64,000 nucleotides of DNA, from NCBI RefSeq assembly GCF_964194025.1, contig NC_134479.1, forward strand, positions 25,420,001 through 25,484,000. Direction: 5' to 3'. Positions 63,491-64,000 of this stretch are shown piece by piece (position 1 is the stretch's first letter; every line of letters begins with the position of its first letter). The notes beneath the pieces are model-generated. The model worked only from the letters and a program-made list of their open reading frames with translations. It was not told the origin of the DNA and made no database searches. Position numbers and translations under genes: made by a program. This DNA comes from Convolutriloba macropyga. Lineage: Eukaryota.

Positions 63491-64000
63491 CACTAAAACA
63501 GCAAAAAAAATATTTTGTTTCAATCCCGATTTTTCTCCAAACCCTTCAAATTTGTACGAAGTGAATTCCAATCTTTTGATGCAGTTTTTATAATTTAGCG
63601 TTTAGTTTTTGAGCGTATGGAAGTAAATATGGAAGTAAAAAAATATATCACAGCTTCTAATGTTTTTTTGATGCGCTGAGGGGCAAGGTTGGGCCATCTA
63701 GATGATTATACGCGGGAAGAAGACAGTTTGTCAGTTTCCTGACATAGGTAGTTCATCTCAACCTAATTAGATACTCAACAGGGAGAATAGAATACTTTAT
63801 TATGAGATCTTTTGTTGAGTCCATCCTATTTCTGGAATAGAATGCATGAATGGCCCAATTTAGTTGTTTTTCAAGCGATATAAGCAAGTTTTTGTCAACC
63901 TGATTGAATTAAGAGTAAGGAATAGTTTAAATGGCTCTTAACAAATGCGTTCAGAACTGTTGTCATTAGAAACTTTGGCATCCGATTGCGGAGTGTATAA

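Overview
AT-rich, repeat-dense animal (invertebrate) genomic DNA with spliceosomal introns; no prokaryotic features. Four intron-containing genes lie on the + strand: (1) the last two exons of an uncharacterised gene encoding a CxxC..DH..CxxC HNH/His-Me-finger-like domain (5772-7018); (2) CCDC124 in 4 exons (8133-24556); (3) a Gi/o-class G-protein alpha subunit in 4 exons (25654-45752) with an atypical, non-myristoylatable N-terminal extension and a cluster of CRE half-sites upstream; (4) a putative gene absent from the ORF track, built by hand from three phase-compatible small exons (57635-59404). Mobile DNA includes a decayed CR1/L2-like LINE (-), a full-length degenerate Mag-like Gypsy LTR element with a 5-bp TSD (47871-52726), a MULE transposase relic, a Merlin-like MITE with an 8-bp TSD, a young 207-bp satellite and an old ~0.6-0.9 kb tandem array. 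The dominant unexplained structure is at least two families of non-autonomous Helentron-like (HINE/DINE-type) elements, roughly 15-20 termini or copies. They have subterminal inverted repeats and a co-varying 3' hairpin, all copies I found are co-oriented with the host genes, they share internal modules, and three carry a tRNA-derived Pol III cassette. Everything was read by eye; family assignments come from recalled motifs, not database searches.
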